64,000 bases of DNA from an uncultured delta proteobacterium (GCA_963789265.1 CAWBKB010000001.1:2432001-2496000), one strand, 5' to 3'; positions 27,403 to 38,077 are shown, numbered from the stretch's first letter. Numbers and translations are program-made. The notes: generated by a model not told the origin, from the letters alone.

Positions 27403-28527
27403 CTATTGTGGCCTCAAATCGGATGGACGCTGCTTATTGTCTTGATCGGACATACCGGGCATATACCGATCATTTTGCTCATCGGATACTTCATGCATGT
27501 ATATGATCCTCTGAGGCGTTGCAAAGACCATCCCGACTTTATTAAATTCCTTAAATACTGCCGAGTTTAGTTGGTGGATAAGCAAACCTTTATCTTTCGG
27601 ATACGCGGTCCAGCAGAGCAATTCGACATCGAGCCCCGAATTACCGAAGGCCCTGAATCTTACCCGCGGCTCCGGTTCAGACAAGACCAGTGAGTTGGCA
27701 GCAGCCACTTCGAGTAGAATCGCCTCCACTTGATCCACGTCCGAAGAATAGGCTACCGAAACCTTTATCCTGATTCTCATTCTGGGATCGGGAGCACTTT
27801 CATTGATAATTTTGGTATTGACTATTACGGAATTGGGGACGGATATGAGGACATCGTCCCGGGTGAGGATTCTGGTACTGCGAAGACCTACGTGGATCAC
27901 CTTGCCCCTCTCGCCGGAATTCAGCACAAGATAATCTCCCGGCCTGAACGGCCGATCCAGGAAAACGCTTATCCCGCCAAAGAAATTCCCTAGAGTGTCT
28001 TTGGCTGCCAGGCCGACTATGATCCCTACGATGCCGGCAGAAGCCAAAAGAGGGGTTAGATTGATCTGCCAAATTGAAAGGATCGCAAGCCCTGTCATGA
28101 CTGCAATAAAGGCTATGCCTACATTTTCGGTCAGCGTGAGGAATTCGGCCGCTCCAGGGTAATACCCGCCTAGTCTGGAGGAAACAAGTTTCAGAGTTCT
28201 TCCGAGCACTATCATCCATACGATTGCCAGAGCGGTTTTCGCCGCTCCTGCTATGAAGAGTTCCAGCGGTGGACACGGAGTAAGCCACTGGACTTCGAGT
28301 AAAACTCCGATTAAGAGAACGCTGACCCAAAGTGGAAGGCGTATGATTTTGAATAGTTGTCCTCTGATTCCGAGTCTGGACCATTTGGATAAGGCCAATG
28401 CCACTCGGTCCCCGAGGATCCTTATCAGACCTGCCGCTATCACGGTGGCTACAGCGATTATGGCCGCTCCCACAAGGGGAGCAACTCCTATTTGAGCAAG
28501 CCACTGGTTGACGAGTTCCATTTTCAC
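27403..28527 (-). CDS. MscS-family mechanosensitive channel
   Basis: LLASAGIVGIIVGLAAKDTLGNFFGG, RPFRPGD, VGLRSTRI, VPNS. Confidence 0.92.
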   Translation of the reverse strand: MKMELVNQWLAQIGVAPLVGAAIIAVATVIAAGLIRILGDRVALALSKWSRLGIRGQLFKIIRLPLWVSVLLIGVLLEVQWLTPCPPLELFIAGAAKTALAIVWMIVLGRTLKLVSSRLGGYYPGAAEFLTLTENVGIAFIAVMTGLAILSIWQINLTPLLASAGIVGIIVGLAAKDTLGNFFGGISVFLDRPFRPGDYLVLNSGERGKVIHVGLRSTRILTRDDVLISVPNSVIVNTKIINESAPDPRMRIRIKVSVAYSSDVDQVEAILLEVAAANSLVLSEPEPRVRFRAFGNSGLDVELLCWTAYPKDKGLLIHQLNSAVFKEFNKVGMVFATPQRIIYMHEVSDEQNDRYMPGMSDQDNKQRPSDLRPQ

Positions 28528-28654
28528 TTCAAACTTCCGGTGTAATCCCTGACCTCACATTTAATTTAAGCATTGCGGATTCGTCATCGGCAGATCCGTC
28601 CAGCTCGCCACTGATGCCGATTCGCCTTCAAACGAGTGACACTGTGTTTTGCTG

Positions 28655-28683
28655 GTAGGTGCAGGTTTCAAACCTGCCCCTAC
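28655..28683. repeat. Single palindromic GTAG REP (intact relative of the interrupted REP at 20157-20370)
   Basis: GTAGGTGCAGGTTTCAAACCTGCCCCTAC. Confidence 0.75.
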
Positions 28684-28878
28684 TTGTCGTCATTCTCGCG
28701 CACCCGGGAATCCAGACGCTTTACTGGGACCGGCATCTGGCCGGTCATTGGAGTTGTCATGCCCGCAGCGCGGACACCGGTAGAACCGGCCTGCCCGCGA
28801 GACGTGGGGCAAATCGGACATTTTTTTTGACAATTGCAACATGCTAAGGAGAATCTCGGTCAAATCGTGAAATGGAAC

Positions 28879-28919
28879 TTGCACTCGGGACGGAAACTGG
28901 GTATACTCAACTAGTTTCC
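28879..28919 (+). promoter_or_regulatory. Sigma70-like promoter overlapped by a candidate TetR operator
   Basis: TTGCAC-N17-TATACT; inverted GGAAACT...AGTTTCC straddles the -10 element. Confidence 0.6.
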
Positions 28920-28954
28920 TGGGTACTGTAATCCGCTCCCAAGAGGTTGCCCCC

Positions 28955-29602
28955 ATGACTGTTCGATCATCCTTCAATCGTAAACGAGCACAGTCCAAAG
29001 AATTTCCTGTCGAGAATTCGGCCCGCGACCGTATCGTCGCCGGGGCACGACGCCATTTTTTCGCTTACGGTCTACGCGGCGTTACCATGGATGATCTCGC
29101 CAAGGAACTCGGCATGAGCAAAAAGACGCTCTATGCACATTTTCCGAGCAAGATGGCTCTCCTGAAAGCAGTGCTACTTAACAAGCTCCACAACATCGAG
29201 GCTGACCTCGAGCAAATCACGTCCGCGTGCGCTTCCGATTTCCCCACGGCATTGCGTCAACTGCTAGCCTGCATACAGAAGCATTCAGACGAGGCCCAGC
29301 CGCCTTTTGTACGTGACATCGAGGGAGAGGCGTGGGAGCAGATCAAGTCGATTCAAGCCCAGGGCAGGCAAATGATTTACCGCCAGTTCGGCAAATTCCT
29401 TGATGAAGGGCAAAAGGCCGGAATTATCCGTCAAGACATTCCGACAAAACTGGTGATCGAGATTTTGCTCGGCGCCAGGGATGCGATCATGAATCCGGAA
29501 AAGCTATCCGAGTTGGAGATCATGCCTAAAATCGCCGTTGCGGCCATTATAACTGTGATTCTTGAAGGCGTGATCACGGAAACAGGCAGGACCAGCCTAT
29601 GA
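28955..29602 (+). CDS. TetR-family regulator
   Basis: VTMDDLAKELGMSKKTLYAHFPSK. Confidence 0.93.
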   Translation: MTVRSSFNRKRAQSKEFPVENSARDRIVAGARRHFFAYGLRGVTMDDLAKELGMSKKTLYAHFPSKMALLKAVLLNKLHNIEADLEQITSACASDFPTALRQLLACIQKHSDEAQPPFVRDIEGEAWEQIKSIQAQGRQMIYRQFGKFLDEGQKAGIIRQDIPTKLVIEILLGARDAIMNPEKLSELEIMPKIAVAAIITVILEGVITETGRTSL

Positions 29603-30582
29603 CCGGCTGCAACACGGCTCACGGAAAAGTCCTTTTTTGTCTCAGCTTCGCAGTTGCAGCGCTGAGTCTTCTGGTGAGTTGCAGCCGCGAGGACCCGAAT
29701 CGGGTGCAGGGTTATGTAGAAGGAGAATTTGTGTACGTTGCATCACCGCTTGGAGGTCAACTTGAATCGCTGTATGTGCAACGAGGGCAGCAGGTGAAAG
29801 CAGGCGATCCTCTTTTCACGCTGGACAGCGCTCCGGAAAGAGCCGCGCGAGACGAAGCGGAACGGCGTCTCGCGCAGGGTCAGTCAAATCTGGAAGATGC
29901 GAAGAAAGGGCGACGGCCCTCAGAGATTGAATCCATGGAGGCCCAGCTCAAGCAGGCCCGGGCAGCACTGGTGTTTTCCGAAAAGGAATTTCAGCGGCAG
30001 CAAAGGCTTGCTCAGACGGGCGCTCGCGCAATGGAGGATTTGGACCGCGCGCGTTCCACGCTAGATCAGGATCGTAACCGGGTCGCGCAGCTTGAGGCAG
30101 ATCTCCAAACGGCGCATCTCGGCTCTCGCACCGATCAGATCGAAGCAGCGGAGGCCAATGTGCGTGCGTTGAATGCTGCGCTGGCAAAGGCTGAGTGGGA
30201 CCTATCACAAAAGAGCCAGAATGCGCCTCAAGCAGGACTCATTTTCGATACTCTTTATCGTAAGGGGGATTGGGTTGCGGCCGGCCGGCCGGCGATCGTG
30301 CTGCTTCCGCCCCAGAACATCAAAGTCCGGGCTTTTGTGCCGGAGACGCGGATCGGCACAATCAAGTATGGCGAACCTGTGCGTGTGTTTGTGGATGGTG
30401 TGTCTAAACCGCTGCCCGGCAAGGTAAGTTTCATTTCACCGCATGCGGAGTACACGCCGCCCGTTATTTACAGCCGGGAGAGCCGTGAGAAGCTTGTCTT
30501 TATGATTGAAACGGTGTTCGATCCTAAGATCGCTGAGAAATTGCATCCCGGCCAGCCGGTGGATGTGAAATTCGGGTCCTGA
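29599..30582 (+). CDS. HlyD-family membrane fusion protein (YbhG-like)
   Basis: Lipobox-like LVSC, QGYVEGE, coiled coil, AEYTPPVIYS, LHPGQPV. Confidence 0.9.
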   Translation: MTGCNTAHGKVLFCLSFAVAALSLLVSCSREDPNRVQGYVEGEFVYVASPLGGQLESLYVQRGQQVKAGDPLFTLDSAPERAARDEAERRLAQGQSNLEDAKKGRRPSEIESMEAQLKQARAALVFSEKEFQRQQRLAQTGARAMEDLDRARSTLDQDRNRVAQLEADLQTAHLGSRTDQIEAAEANVRALNAALAKAEWDLSQKSQNAPQAGLIFDTLYRKGDWVAAGRPAIVLLPPQNIKVRAFVPETRIGTIKYGEPVRVFVDGVSKPLPGKVSFISPHAEYTPPVIYSRESREKLVFMIETVFDPKIAEKLHPGQPVDVKFGS

Positions 30583-30585
30583 TCT

Positions 30586-31509
30586 ATGGCTGATGATTTT
30601 GCGATAGATGTCATTGGCATGACCAAACGGTTCGGTGACCTCACTGCCGTGGATCACATAGACCTCAGGGTCCCCACTGGGGAGATTTGCGGCTTTCTCG
30701 GGCCGAACGGAAGCGGAAAGACGACCTTCATTCGTATGTTGTGTGGCCTCCTCCGAGCAGATGAGGGTAGCGGTACCGTTCTGGGCTATGACGTCATCAC
30801 CGAAAGTGAAGCGATCAAACTGCAAGTCGGCTACATGACTCAGCGATTCAGTTTTTACGAGGATTTGAGCATTTATGAAAATTTGGACTTCGTCGCGCGC
30901 ATGTATTCTCTGAAAAATCGGCGTGATGTGGTTGGTGAAAGCATAGAGCAACTTGGACTCAAAGAACGCCGGAATCAACTTGCAGGCGAGCTTTCCGGCG
31001 GTTGGAAACAACGACTGGCGCTGGCCGCGTGCATGATTCATCAGCCGAAACTGCTCCTGCTCGACGAGCCTACGGCGGGTGTGGACCCCGAGGCACGCCG
31101 CGACTTCTGGGAACAGATTCATCAGCTCGCGGCCCAAGGGCTCACATTTCTCATCGCCACCCACTATATGGACGAAGCGGAACGCTGCCACATGCTGGCT
31201 TTTATCCTCAACGGCATCCTGCTCACCCAGGGCACGGTCCTAGAAGTCATTGAACAGGCGCACTTGACGACCTGGTCGGTTAGCGGTCCGAAATTGCTCG
31301 AACTTGCCGAACAGATTCGTGATCGCCCGGGAAACTTGCAAGCAGTGGCATTTGGAAACACGCTCCACGTGAGCGGAGACGATACAGACGCTCTGGAAGA
31401 GGCAATTACTCCGTTCCGCTCGAAGCCGTACGAATGGCGCCGCATCGATTCGGGGCTTGAAGATATTTTCATTCACCTTATGGAGCGATCGAAGGAGCGT
31501 GGTCCTTGA
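30586..31509 (+). CDS. ABC transporter ATP-binding protein (YbhF-like)
   Basis: GPNGSGKT, LSGGWKQR, LLLLDEPT. Confidence 0.95.
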   Translation: MADDFAIDVIGMTKRFGDLTAVDHIDLRVPTGEICGFLGPNGSGKTTFIRMLCGLLRADEGSGTVLGYDVITESEAIKLQVGYMTQRFSFYEDLSIYENLDFVARMYSLKNRRDVVGESIEQLGLKERRNQLAGELSGGWKQRLALAACMIHQPKLLLLDEPTAGVDPEARRDFWEQIHQLAAQGLTFLIATHYMDEAERCHMLAFILNGILLTQGTVLEVIEQAHLTTWSVSGPKLLELAEQIRDRPGNLQAVAFGNTLHVSGDDTDALEEAITPFRSKPYEWRRIDSGLEDIFIHLMERSKERGP

Positions 31510-32648
31510 TGAGAAAGTGGGAATTCTCGCCTGCTCGATTTTGGGCAATGGTTGTAAAAGAATTCGTGCAGATGCGCCGGGATCGCGTTACCTTCGCGAT
31601 GATGGTGGGCGTCCCCTTGTTGCAGCTTATCCTTTTCGGTTATGCAATCAATTCAGACCCGAAACACCTGCCCACAGCAGTCATTTTAGCGGACAACGGG
31701 CCAGAGGGGCGAACTATACTGTATGCGATTCAGAATAGTGGCTACTTCAAATTCGTTAGACAATACAAAACGGAATCCGAGGGGCATAAAGCTCTCGCGC
31801 GAGGTGACGTCCAGTTTGTGGTGAACATCCCGGAGAATTTCACACGGGACCTCCTGCGAGGCGACCGGCCCCCGGTTCTCGTCGAGGCGGACGCCACAGA
31901 TCCCGGGACCACCAGCAACGCTATAGGCTCCTTGAGCCTTCTGCTGAACACGGCTCTAGAAAACGATCTCAAAGGCTCGCTCGCGTTTCTGGCAGGAACC
32001 GACGGCCCCATAGACCTGCGAGTCCACGCGCTCTACAATCCGGAAGTAATCACGCAATACAACATAGTGCCGGGTCTGATCGGTGTGGTTCTCACAATGA
32101 CCATGGTCATGATCACTGCTCTGGCCATCACCCGGGAGAGAGAAAGCGGCACAATGGAAAATCTCCTGTCCATGCCGGCTCGTCCGCTGGAAGTGCTTAT
32201 CGGCAAGATCATACCGTACATCCTCGTAGGGTACGTACAGGTCTCGTTGATTCTCCTTGCAGCGTACTTTCTCTTTCACGTGCCGATGGTGGGCAGTGTC
32301 ACTCTGTTGCTCGTCTTAATGATCCTGTTCATTTTGGCTAACTTAGCGATAGGCATTACCTATTCGACGATTGCCGAGAACCAGCGCCAGGCTATACAGA
32401 TGGCGTTCTTTTTTTTCTTGCCGAACATCTTGCTTTCGGGGTTCGCTTTCTCTTTTCGGGGCATGCCCGGCTGGGCACAGACGATCGGAGAACTGCTACC
32501 ACTGACTCATTTTCTCCGAATCGTCCGCGGCATCTTGCTCAAGGGCAACGGCTTGGCAGATGTCGCGCCGGAGATTTGGCCGATAGCGCTTTTTACTGTG
32601 GTGGCTTTAGCTATCGGTGTGAAACGCTACCGTAGGACACTTGACTAA
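31506..32648 (+). CDS. ABC-2 permease (YbhS/YbhR-like)
   Basis: KEFVQMRRD, RERESGTMENL, PLTHFLRIVRG. Confidence 0.93.
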   Translation: MMRKWEFSPARFWAMVVKEFVQMRRDRVTFAMMVGVPLLQLILFGYAINSDPKHLPTAVILADNGPEGRTILYAIQNSGYFKFVRQYKTESEGHKALARGDVQFVVNIPENFTRDLLRGDRPPVLVEADATDPGTTSNAIGSLSLLLNTALENDLKGSLAFLAGTDGPIDLRVHALYNPEVITQYNIVPGLIGVVLTMTMVMITALAITRERESGTMENLLSMPARPLEVLIGKIIPYILVGYVQVSLILLAAYFLFHVPMVGSVTLLLVLMILFILANLAIGITYSTIAENQRQAIQMAFFFFLPNILLSGFAFSFRGMPGWAQTIGELLPLTHFLRIVRGILLKGNGLADVAPEIWPIALFTVVALAIGVKRYRRTLD

Positions 32649-32838
32649 AGCCAATTCTCATTCAAAATCCCCCCTTCCCTCCTTTACAAAAGAGGGGAAC
32701 CCCCCGTCCTCTGGGGCTAAGTTAGCGCATATAGGATCGTAGTCCGGCATGACGGTTTCTTTCTCACCGATCGGATAAAGATCTTGGCGCTTGCTGTATA
32801 CGGTGTTCTTCGCCTCCCCGTAAAAGTGTCTCGCTGCA

Positions 32839-33228
32839 CTATTTCTTCGTCTTCTCCTGCAATTCCTTGTTCTTCTGTTTCATCAACTCCTTGAGCTCAT
32901 CCTTCAATTGATTCTTCTTTTGTTCCAATTCTTGTTTGATCTGTTTGCTGAGCTCAGCCCTCTTTTGTGCCAACTGTAGTCGAACATTCAGCGTGTTGTG
33001 AGGGATTACGGATTTAAGTTTGTCTCTCAACTCTTGCAGTTCATTTTTAGCCTTCTGCAGGAGCTGTTGTTTAAACTCCTGAAACTCTTTCCTCTTCTGC
33101 TCCTTAATCTGCTGAATGGATTGTTTCGCCATATCCGTACCGAGCTTGTTCTGTGGTTCAGTTGCAAAGCTGAAAGCAAAGATAGATACCGTGAACAAAA
33201 GGGCCAACAACCAACTAAGTTTCCTCAT
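32839..33228 (-). CDS. Secreted Lys/Gln/Glu-rich coiled-coil protein
   Basis: Signal peptide MRKLSWLLALLFTVSIFAFSFA; RBS AAGGA. Confidence 0.65.
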   Translation of the reverse strand: MRKLSWLLALLFTVSIFAFSFATEPQNKLGTDMAKQSIQQIKEQKRKEFQEFKQQLLQKAKNELQELRDKLKSVIPHNTLNVRLQLAQKRAELSKQIKQELEQKKNQLKDELKELMKQKNKELQEKTKK

Positions 33229-33420
33229 AGCATATCCTTCCGCAAATTCCGGACATTCAATTGGGGAAGCCTGTTTCCGAGAATGGGCAACGAACAAGCT
33301 AATTCCTGGGGATCCCGGCAACAAGGCGCCCTTCCCCTTTCCGAAAAATCTTACAGACGTTTTTCCGGTTAATCAACCCGCCTAAAGGGATAACCGTTCG
33401 CTTAAGGTGAGCTAGAGCTT

Positions 33421-33660
33421 GTCATTGCGAGTCTTACGTCTCGTGGGACGAAGCAATCTTTTCTCCATAAAATGCTTTCATGGGAGCGCAACGAAACGAG
33501 GAACATGAGCCCTGTACGGGCGGACGCGCATGTCCGCCCTGAGAACCGGGCCGACACACGGATCGGCCCCTACCAATCGGCGGTGATGCCACTCGCTTGA
33601 AAGCGAATAGGTATTAGACTGCTTTCCCACGGAACGCGGGATTTCCCCCCTCGCAATGAC
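33421..33660. repeat. Nested repeat: GTCATTGCGAG family > MITE ends > REP doublet (33514-33573)
   Basis: Outer GTCATTGCGAG / CTCGCAATGAC; inner end TGAAAGCGAATAGGTATTA; core GTACGGGCGGAC...GGCCCCTAC. Confidence 0.7.
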
Positions 33661-33778
33661 ATGAACCCGAACAATCTCCGCGTAAATCAATGATTACCAT
33701 AAGGCACTGTTTCGGCTGGCTTCGCCGAATAATCTAGTGTAAATTGCTGCCTACAAACTTCCGGCGGGGGTTGGAGAC

Positions 33779-34366
33779 ATGAAAAATTTAAGGGTGTGGT
33801 CGCGTGTTTCCCTATTGCTGTTGGTCGTGTTCTTAGGCTCCATCCGCGATGTGCGATCGCAAGATGTTTTCAGAGAGATGGATCAAATAAAGAAACAGGT
33901 GTCCGATCTGAAAAATGAGGTTAACAAGCTCAGAAGCCTGGTTTACGATTTGCGAAAAGCAGTCATAGAGTGTGCTATTGCTCCGGCTCGACAAGCGCCT
34001 GTGGTAGCGCCTCCCAAACAAGAGGCCGCTACAAAGTCCGCGCCACCCGTGAACGAAGAGCAAGTGACAAGGACAGCGTGCCGCGCCGTTGGGAAGTTCT
34101 TCTCGGAAGCTGAGGCGAGTTTGAGAGAAAGCAACCCCTCCGCTGCACAGACAAGGATGAGGAAGGCTCTGCAAAACATGAACTCGGCACTGGAAGAGTA
34201 TGCTAAAACGCACCGGGTTTCCAAGCTTCTTCGAATTTACGAAGGGCTCGCCTGGGATACTTATGTGGCCGTAGAGCTTCGTCCAAGCATCCAGGGAAAC
34301 GAGGCTTTTCTGAAAGCCTTGAGAGCGCACAAGGAAAAATACATTGAGACCTGCCCCAAGAAGTAA
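33779..34366 (+). CDS. Hypothetical exported protein (signal peptide, coiled coil, helical C-terminal domain)
   Basis: RBS GGAG, hydrophobic N-terminus, heptad pattern. Confidence 0.7.
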   Translation: MKNLRVWSRVSLLLLVVFLGSIRDVRSQDVFREMDQIKKQVSDLKNEVNKLRSLVYDLRKAVIECAIAPARQAPVVAPPKQEAATKSAPPVNEEQVTRTACRAVGKFFSEAEASLRESNPSAAQTRMRKALQNMNSALEEYAKTHRVSKLLRIYEGLAWDTYVAVELRPSIQGNEAFLKALRAHKEKYIETCPKK

Positions 34367-34512
34367 CCGCGGCAATAGTTGCACATAGACCACGGGTTTG
34401 CCGAACTAGGTCGGGGGGCGGAGGCCACGCGTGGTTTTGTTACAGGAAGGCAGAGAGCAACCTCCAGGGCAACTGGGTATAGTTTCGCCTATTTCGACCG
34501 GACTCGCTCGAG

Positions 34513-34728
34513 TTATCTTCCTCTGTTAGACTCGGGGGAGGCCAAAACGGCCTGGGCCTTCTCTAGCAGGACCTTTTCCGCCGCGGCGTCTTTCTTCTGC
34601 TGCGCTTGTATCGCGTTCCAGGCCCGCCTCACCGAATTCCGGTTTCCATCATGTCCCGCATTTACGAGAGTTGCCGACGACACCACGAAAACCGCGAGAG
34701 TTAACAAGAATGTTAGCCTTTTCATCAT
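34513..34728 (-). CDS. Small secreted hypothetical protein
   Basis: Signal peptide ending VNA; RBS AAGGA. Confidence 0.6.
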   Translation of the reverse strand: MMKRLTFLLTLAVFVVSSATLVNAGHDGNRNSVRRAWNAIQAQQKKDAAAEKVLLEKAQAVLASPESNRGR

Positions 34729-35016
34729 CTATTTCCTTCGGTGGAATTTCGCCCGGGCTCACAGCCGTTTTCGGATAGATTAAGATACATGTTATCCACC
34801 AAGAATCTGCCGGAGCCTATGTTTGGTAAGGTCCAGCACCATCCCGAGGGCACGGCTTCACAATTCTTGGCAGAAGCTGCCGCTTGCCGGGGCAGGATGA
34901 AATAGTACATCGCAGCAATCTTCGTGCCAAATGAGGGGAGTGCGATGGAAAAGGGGAATTGCTCGATATGTTGCGAAACTACCTTTGGTCCTGCAGAAAC
35001 TTGCAGCCTTTAGTGG

Positions 35017-35073
35017 GACCCGGCCATGTCAGGATTTTTAACATTGTGTTAAGAATCCTGACATGGCCGGGTC
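35017..35073. repeat. 57-bp near-perfect hairpin
   Basis: 27-bp arms GACCCGGCCATGTCAGGATT(T/C)TTAACA with one mismatch and a 3-nt loop. Confidence 0.85.
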
Positions 35074-35232
35074 GGATTGACGAAATTCTTCGACGAAATG
35101 CAAAAGGATTTCAAGAGGGAAGTAGCTGTACAACAATCAGTTGGATAGCCGGCGCATTTTTGCGGCGTCCGGGCGATGTCCTGGCTCATCCTTTCCTCCT
35201 ACAGCTCGAGGACGAAGACGAGCCGCTTCCGT

Positions 35233-37008
35233 TCAACCCTGAACAGTCCGGGTTTCTCTAATGAGCTCGCGGGCTTTGCTCAGGTGTTCCAGGATTTTTC
35301 GCAGGTTTTCGTCGTTTCTTTCGTTGAGGTAGCTGATAATGGCGTCACACGCTTCGTAGGTCTCTGTTATTGATCGACGGATCACGGCATGATACTGGGC
35401 ATACTTGGGCGGCGGTATTATAGCAAACGTCTTCGAATCAAGATTCTGAAGTTCTCGCTTCAAGGAATCCATCTTCAGGTAAACTTCCTTCGGAACTATA
35501 GGAGCATTCGCGTCGGAGGGGTCGTAATCAGCCAGGTTTAGCGATGGTGCTTTGGTCATCAGGAGAGAGAGTTCCTCCAATACGGGAGCGGTCGCTCTCA
35601 GGTATCGCTTGACTTGCGGGCTGTCCAGAGCATTAGCAGCCAATGGCGACGGCGGAAGCTCCTTGACGGGAGGCACGGGCTTCTCGACAGGACGCAGGCT
35701 CTGCTCCGGTTGTGCGGGTTCCTCCGCGGCGGGAGGCGTGAGTGCTGAAGGGAACGGCTCGGGCTGCGGCGAAAGTAATGCCTCCTTCAGGGGTTCCTTC
35801 GCGGGTTCCTTCAGAACCTCTTTCTCGGGGGCCTTCTGCAGTTCCAGTTCTGCTTTTTTCAGCGGCTCATTCCGTACTTCTTGCTCGGCCGCCTTGCGCA
35901 GTTCCTGTTGCGCTTGTTTCAGCAGTTCTGCCGGAGCTACTTTCTCAGGTGTCTTCTGCGGTTCCGCTTCTGCTTTTTTCAGCGGCTCATCCCGTACTTC
36001 TTGCTCGGGCGCTTTGCGCAGTTCCTGTTCGGCTTGTTTCAGCAGTTCTGCCGGAGCTGCTTTCTCAGGTGTCTTCTGCGGTTCCGCTTCTGCTTTTTCC
36101 AGCGGCTCATTCCGTACTTCTTGCTCGGGCGCTTTGCGCAGTTCCTGTTCAGCTTCCTTAAGGGGTTCCTTCCGAACGTCCTTCTCAGGGACTTTCTGCA
36201 ACTCCGGTTCGGCTTCCTTCTCGGGTTCCGCCTGAGCTGTGAGTGGCGGCTCTATAGGCGGGATTACTTCCGGTTCCCGGCGCGGGTCCAGAAGAATTTG
36301 ATCCTGAGAACCGGCCTCATCTTGAGTTCTTGCCCATCCCAGAGAAGTCGCCTTCAATGCCACTTTTTGAGGTTGTAGGACCAGCAGAGGCGGTATTGTC
36401 GGGTTTGTTTTTTTTCCAAGTATTTGTTTCTTTGGAGCAGGAGCCGCTATGACGTCCTCCGGTGTATTCGGGGGGCGTATAAGAGGAGAGCGATACTCTT
36501 TCTCCAAAGGGCGTCGGACCGGCGACCGCTCCAACGGCTTCTGCAAAATCGGTCTTCGCTCCACCGACTCGAAAGGCAATCTGTCAACATTAGAGGCAGC
36601 CGGCACTTTGGCGGCGGCAGGAGGTTCAACCCTTCCCGGCTTCTCCACTTCGGTTGAAGGAGGCTGCTCTTTTGGTCGGGCCGGAATGGCAGAAGATTGC
36701 TCTTTCGGTGGTGGCACTGTGACGGTACGAGAAGGTTCGTTCCCTATGATCGATTTCATCTTGATCTCCGGGATGGGAACCAAGTACCCGGAGTTTCCAA
36801 TGGGCGCAAGGGTTTGGCCGGGCTTCACCTCGCGAGCACTATGCGGTTGCGCCTCTCCTCGGCTGAGGGGCTGTGCTGCCGATTCGAAGAGACACGGCCG
36901 GCCGAGGCAAAACCCTACGACGAGCACGGCCACTGCCAGCGCTCTGGTAACGCACACGTTACGGAAACGAAAAGGTATTTTCGAACGCTGGGCGGTGCGG
37001 GCCCTCAT
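35233..37008 (-). CDS. Exported Pro/Glu/Lys-rich protein with 40-aa tandem repeats and a helical C-terminal domain
   Basis: N-terminal hydrophobic segment; 120-bp DNA tandem repeats at about 35820-36220. Confidence 0.75.
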   Translation of the reverse strand: MRARTAQRSKIPFRFRNVCVTRALAVAVLVVGFCLGRPCLFESAAQPLSRGEAQPHSAREVKPGQTLAPIGNSGYLVPIPEIKMKSIIGNEPSRTVTVPPPKEQSSAIPARPKEQPPSTEVEKPGRVEPPAAAKVPAASNVDRLPFESVERRPILQKPLERSPVRRPLEKEYRSPLIRPPNTPEDVIAAPAPKKQILGKKTNPTIPPLLVLQPQKVALKATSLGWARTQDEAGSQDQILLDPRREPEVIPPIEPPLTAQAEPEKEAEPELQKVPEKDVRKEPLKEAEQELRKAPEQEVRNEPLEKAEAEPQKTPEKAAPAELLKQAEQELRKAPEQEVRDEPLKKAEAEPQKTPEKVAPAELLKQAQQELRKAAEQEVRNEPLKKAELELQKAPEKEVLKEPAKEPLKEALLSPQPEPFPSALTPPAAEEPAQPEQSLRPVEKPVPPVKELPPSPLAANALDSPQVKRYLRATAPVLEELSLLMTKAPSLNLADYDPSDANAPIVPKEVYLKMDSLKRELQNLDSKTFAIIPPPKYAQYHAVIRRSITETYEACDAIISYLNERNDENLRKILEHLSKARELIRETRTVQG

Positions 37009-37053
37009 GGGTTGCTACCTCTGACAAAGCCGCCAATATATTGTATTACAATT

Positions 37054-37548
37054 TTAGACTGTTGTGCCGGATTCGTCAAGTTTTGTGATAATCTCTTGCA
37101 ACTGGGCGGCAGACGTGGGGCGGGGCTCGAGTGCGTGTATTCTGTCCAAGATCCCATTGATGAAAGCGGAGGAATTTTCAGCGCCGTACTTCTTCCCTAT
37201 ATCGACGGCCTCATTCAAAACCACTCTTGTGGGAATCTCCGGAAAATTGGTGATCTCAGCTATGGCCATTCGCAGGATGTTTCGGTCCACACGGTTAATC
37301 CTGTGCAGCTTCCAGTGGTGGGATAGATGAGCTATGAGCTGATCTATAATTTTCATATCGCGAGACACTGCCCGTACGAGGTCGCGGGCAAAAACTCTCA
37401 CAACGCGATGCATCTTGATGACTTCGTCCGGGTCGGACTCGAAGTGTCTCTCGAGCGTTTCCCACACCTCAGCCGGGTCTTGTTTTCTGGCGTCGGCTGC
37501 GAACAAAACCTGAAGTACGAATTCACGACTCTTGCGTCTGGACGGCAC
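37054..37548 (-). CDS. nusB: Transcription antitermination factor NusB
   Basis: RRKSREFVLQVLF, VDRNILR, VVLNEAVDIGKKYG, FINGILD. Confidence 0.95.
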   Translation of the reverse strand: MPSRRKSREFVLQVLFAADARKQDPAEVWETLERHFESDPDEVIKMHRVVRVFARDLVRAVSRDMKIIDQLIAHLSHHWKLHRINRVDRNILRMAIAEITNFPEIPTRVVLNEAVDIGKKYGAENSSAFINGILDRIHALEPRPTSAAQLQEIITKLDESGTTV

Positions 37549-37612
37549 TGGAGAATGATGAGTTCCCGTAAAGAAATGTAAATGATATCAGACCCGGAAG
37601 ACCTGGATTCGA

Positions 37613-38077
37613 TCACATTTGCTTGAGAAGATTCGCCATTTCAATAGCGGACATCGCTGCCTCGGCGCCTTTGTTCCCAGCTTTGGAGCCCGCTCTCTCT
37701 ATGGCCTGTTCGATCGTGTCTGTGGTCAGCACACCGAAGCTGACCGGAATTGTGGCTTCCAAAGCGGTTAAGGCCACCCCTTTGGCAACCTCGGCCGCAA
37801 GATAGTCAAAATGGGGGGTCGATCCTCTGATGACCGCCCCAAGAGCTATCACGATGTCGTGCTTTCCTGTACGAACCATTGCCGACACTACCTGAGGTAT
37901 CTCAAATGCCCCAGGGACTCTGGCAATTGTTATGTCTTCTTCGGATGCCCCGTGTCGCACGAGAGCGTCTATAGCCCCCGCGATCAACCTCGACACAATA
38001 AAGTCATTGAAGCGACTTGCCACTAGGCCTGCCTTCAAGCCGCGAGCATCCAAGCCTCCTTCAATTTGTACGGTCAT
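37613..38077 (-). CDS. ribH: 6,7-dimethyl-8-ribityllumazine synthase
   Basis: [31 protein letters not shown]. Confidence 0.97.
   Translation of the reverse strand: MTVQIEGGLDARGLKAGLVASRFNDFIVSRLIAGAIDALVRHGASEEDITIARVPGAFEIPQVVSAMVRTGKHDIVIALGAVIRGSTPHFDYLAAEVAKGVALTALEATIPVSFGVLTTDTIEQAIERAGSKAGNKGAEAAMSAIEMANLLKQM

Noticed and set aside
35820..36220. Regular repeats as a possible CRISPR array
   Set aside because: In-frame 120-bp coding tandem repeats without unique spacers; no cas genes in the window.
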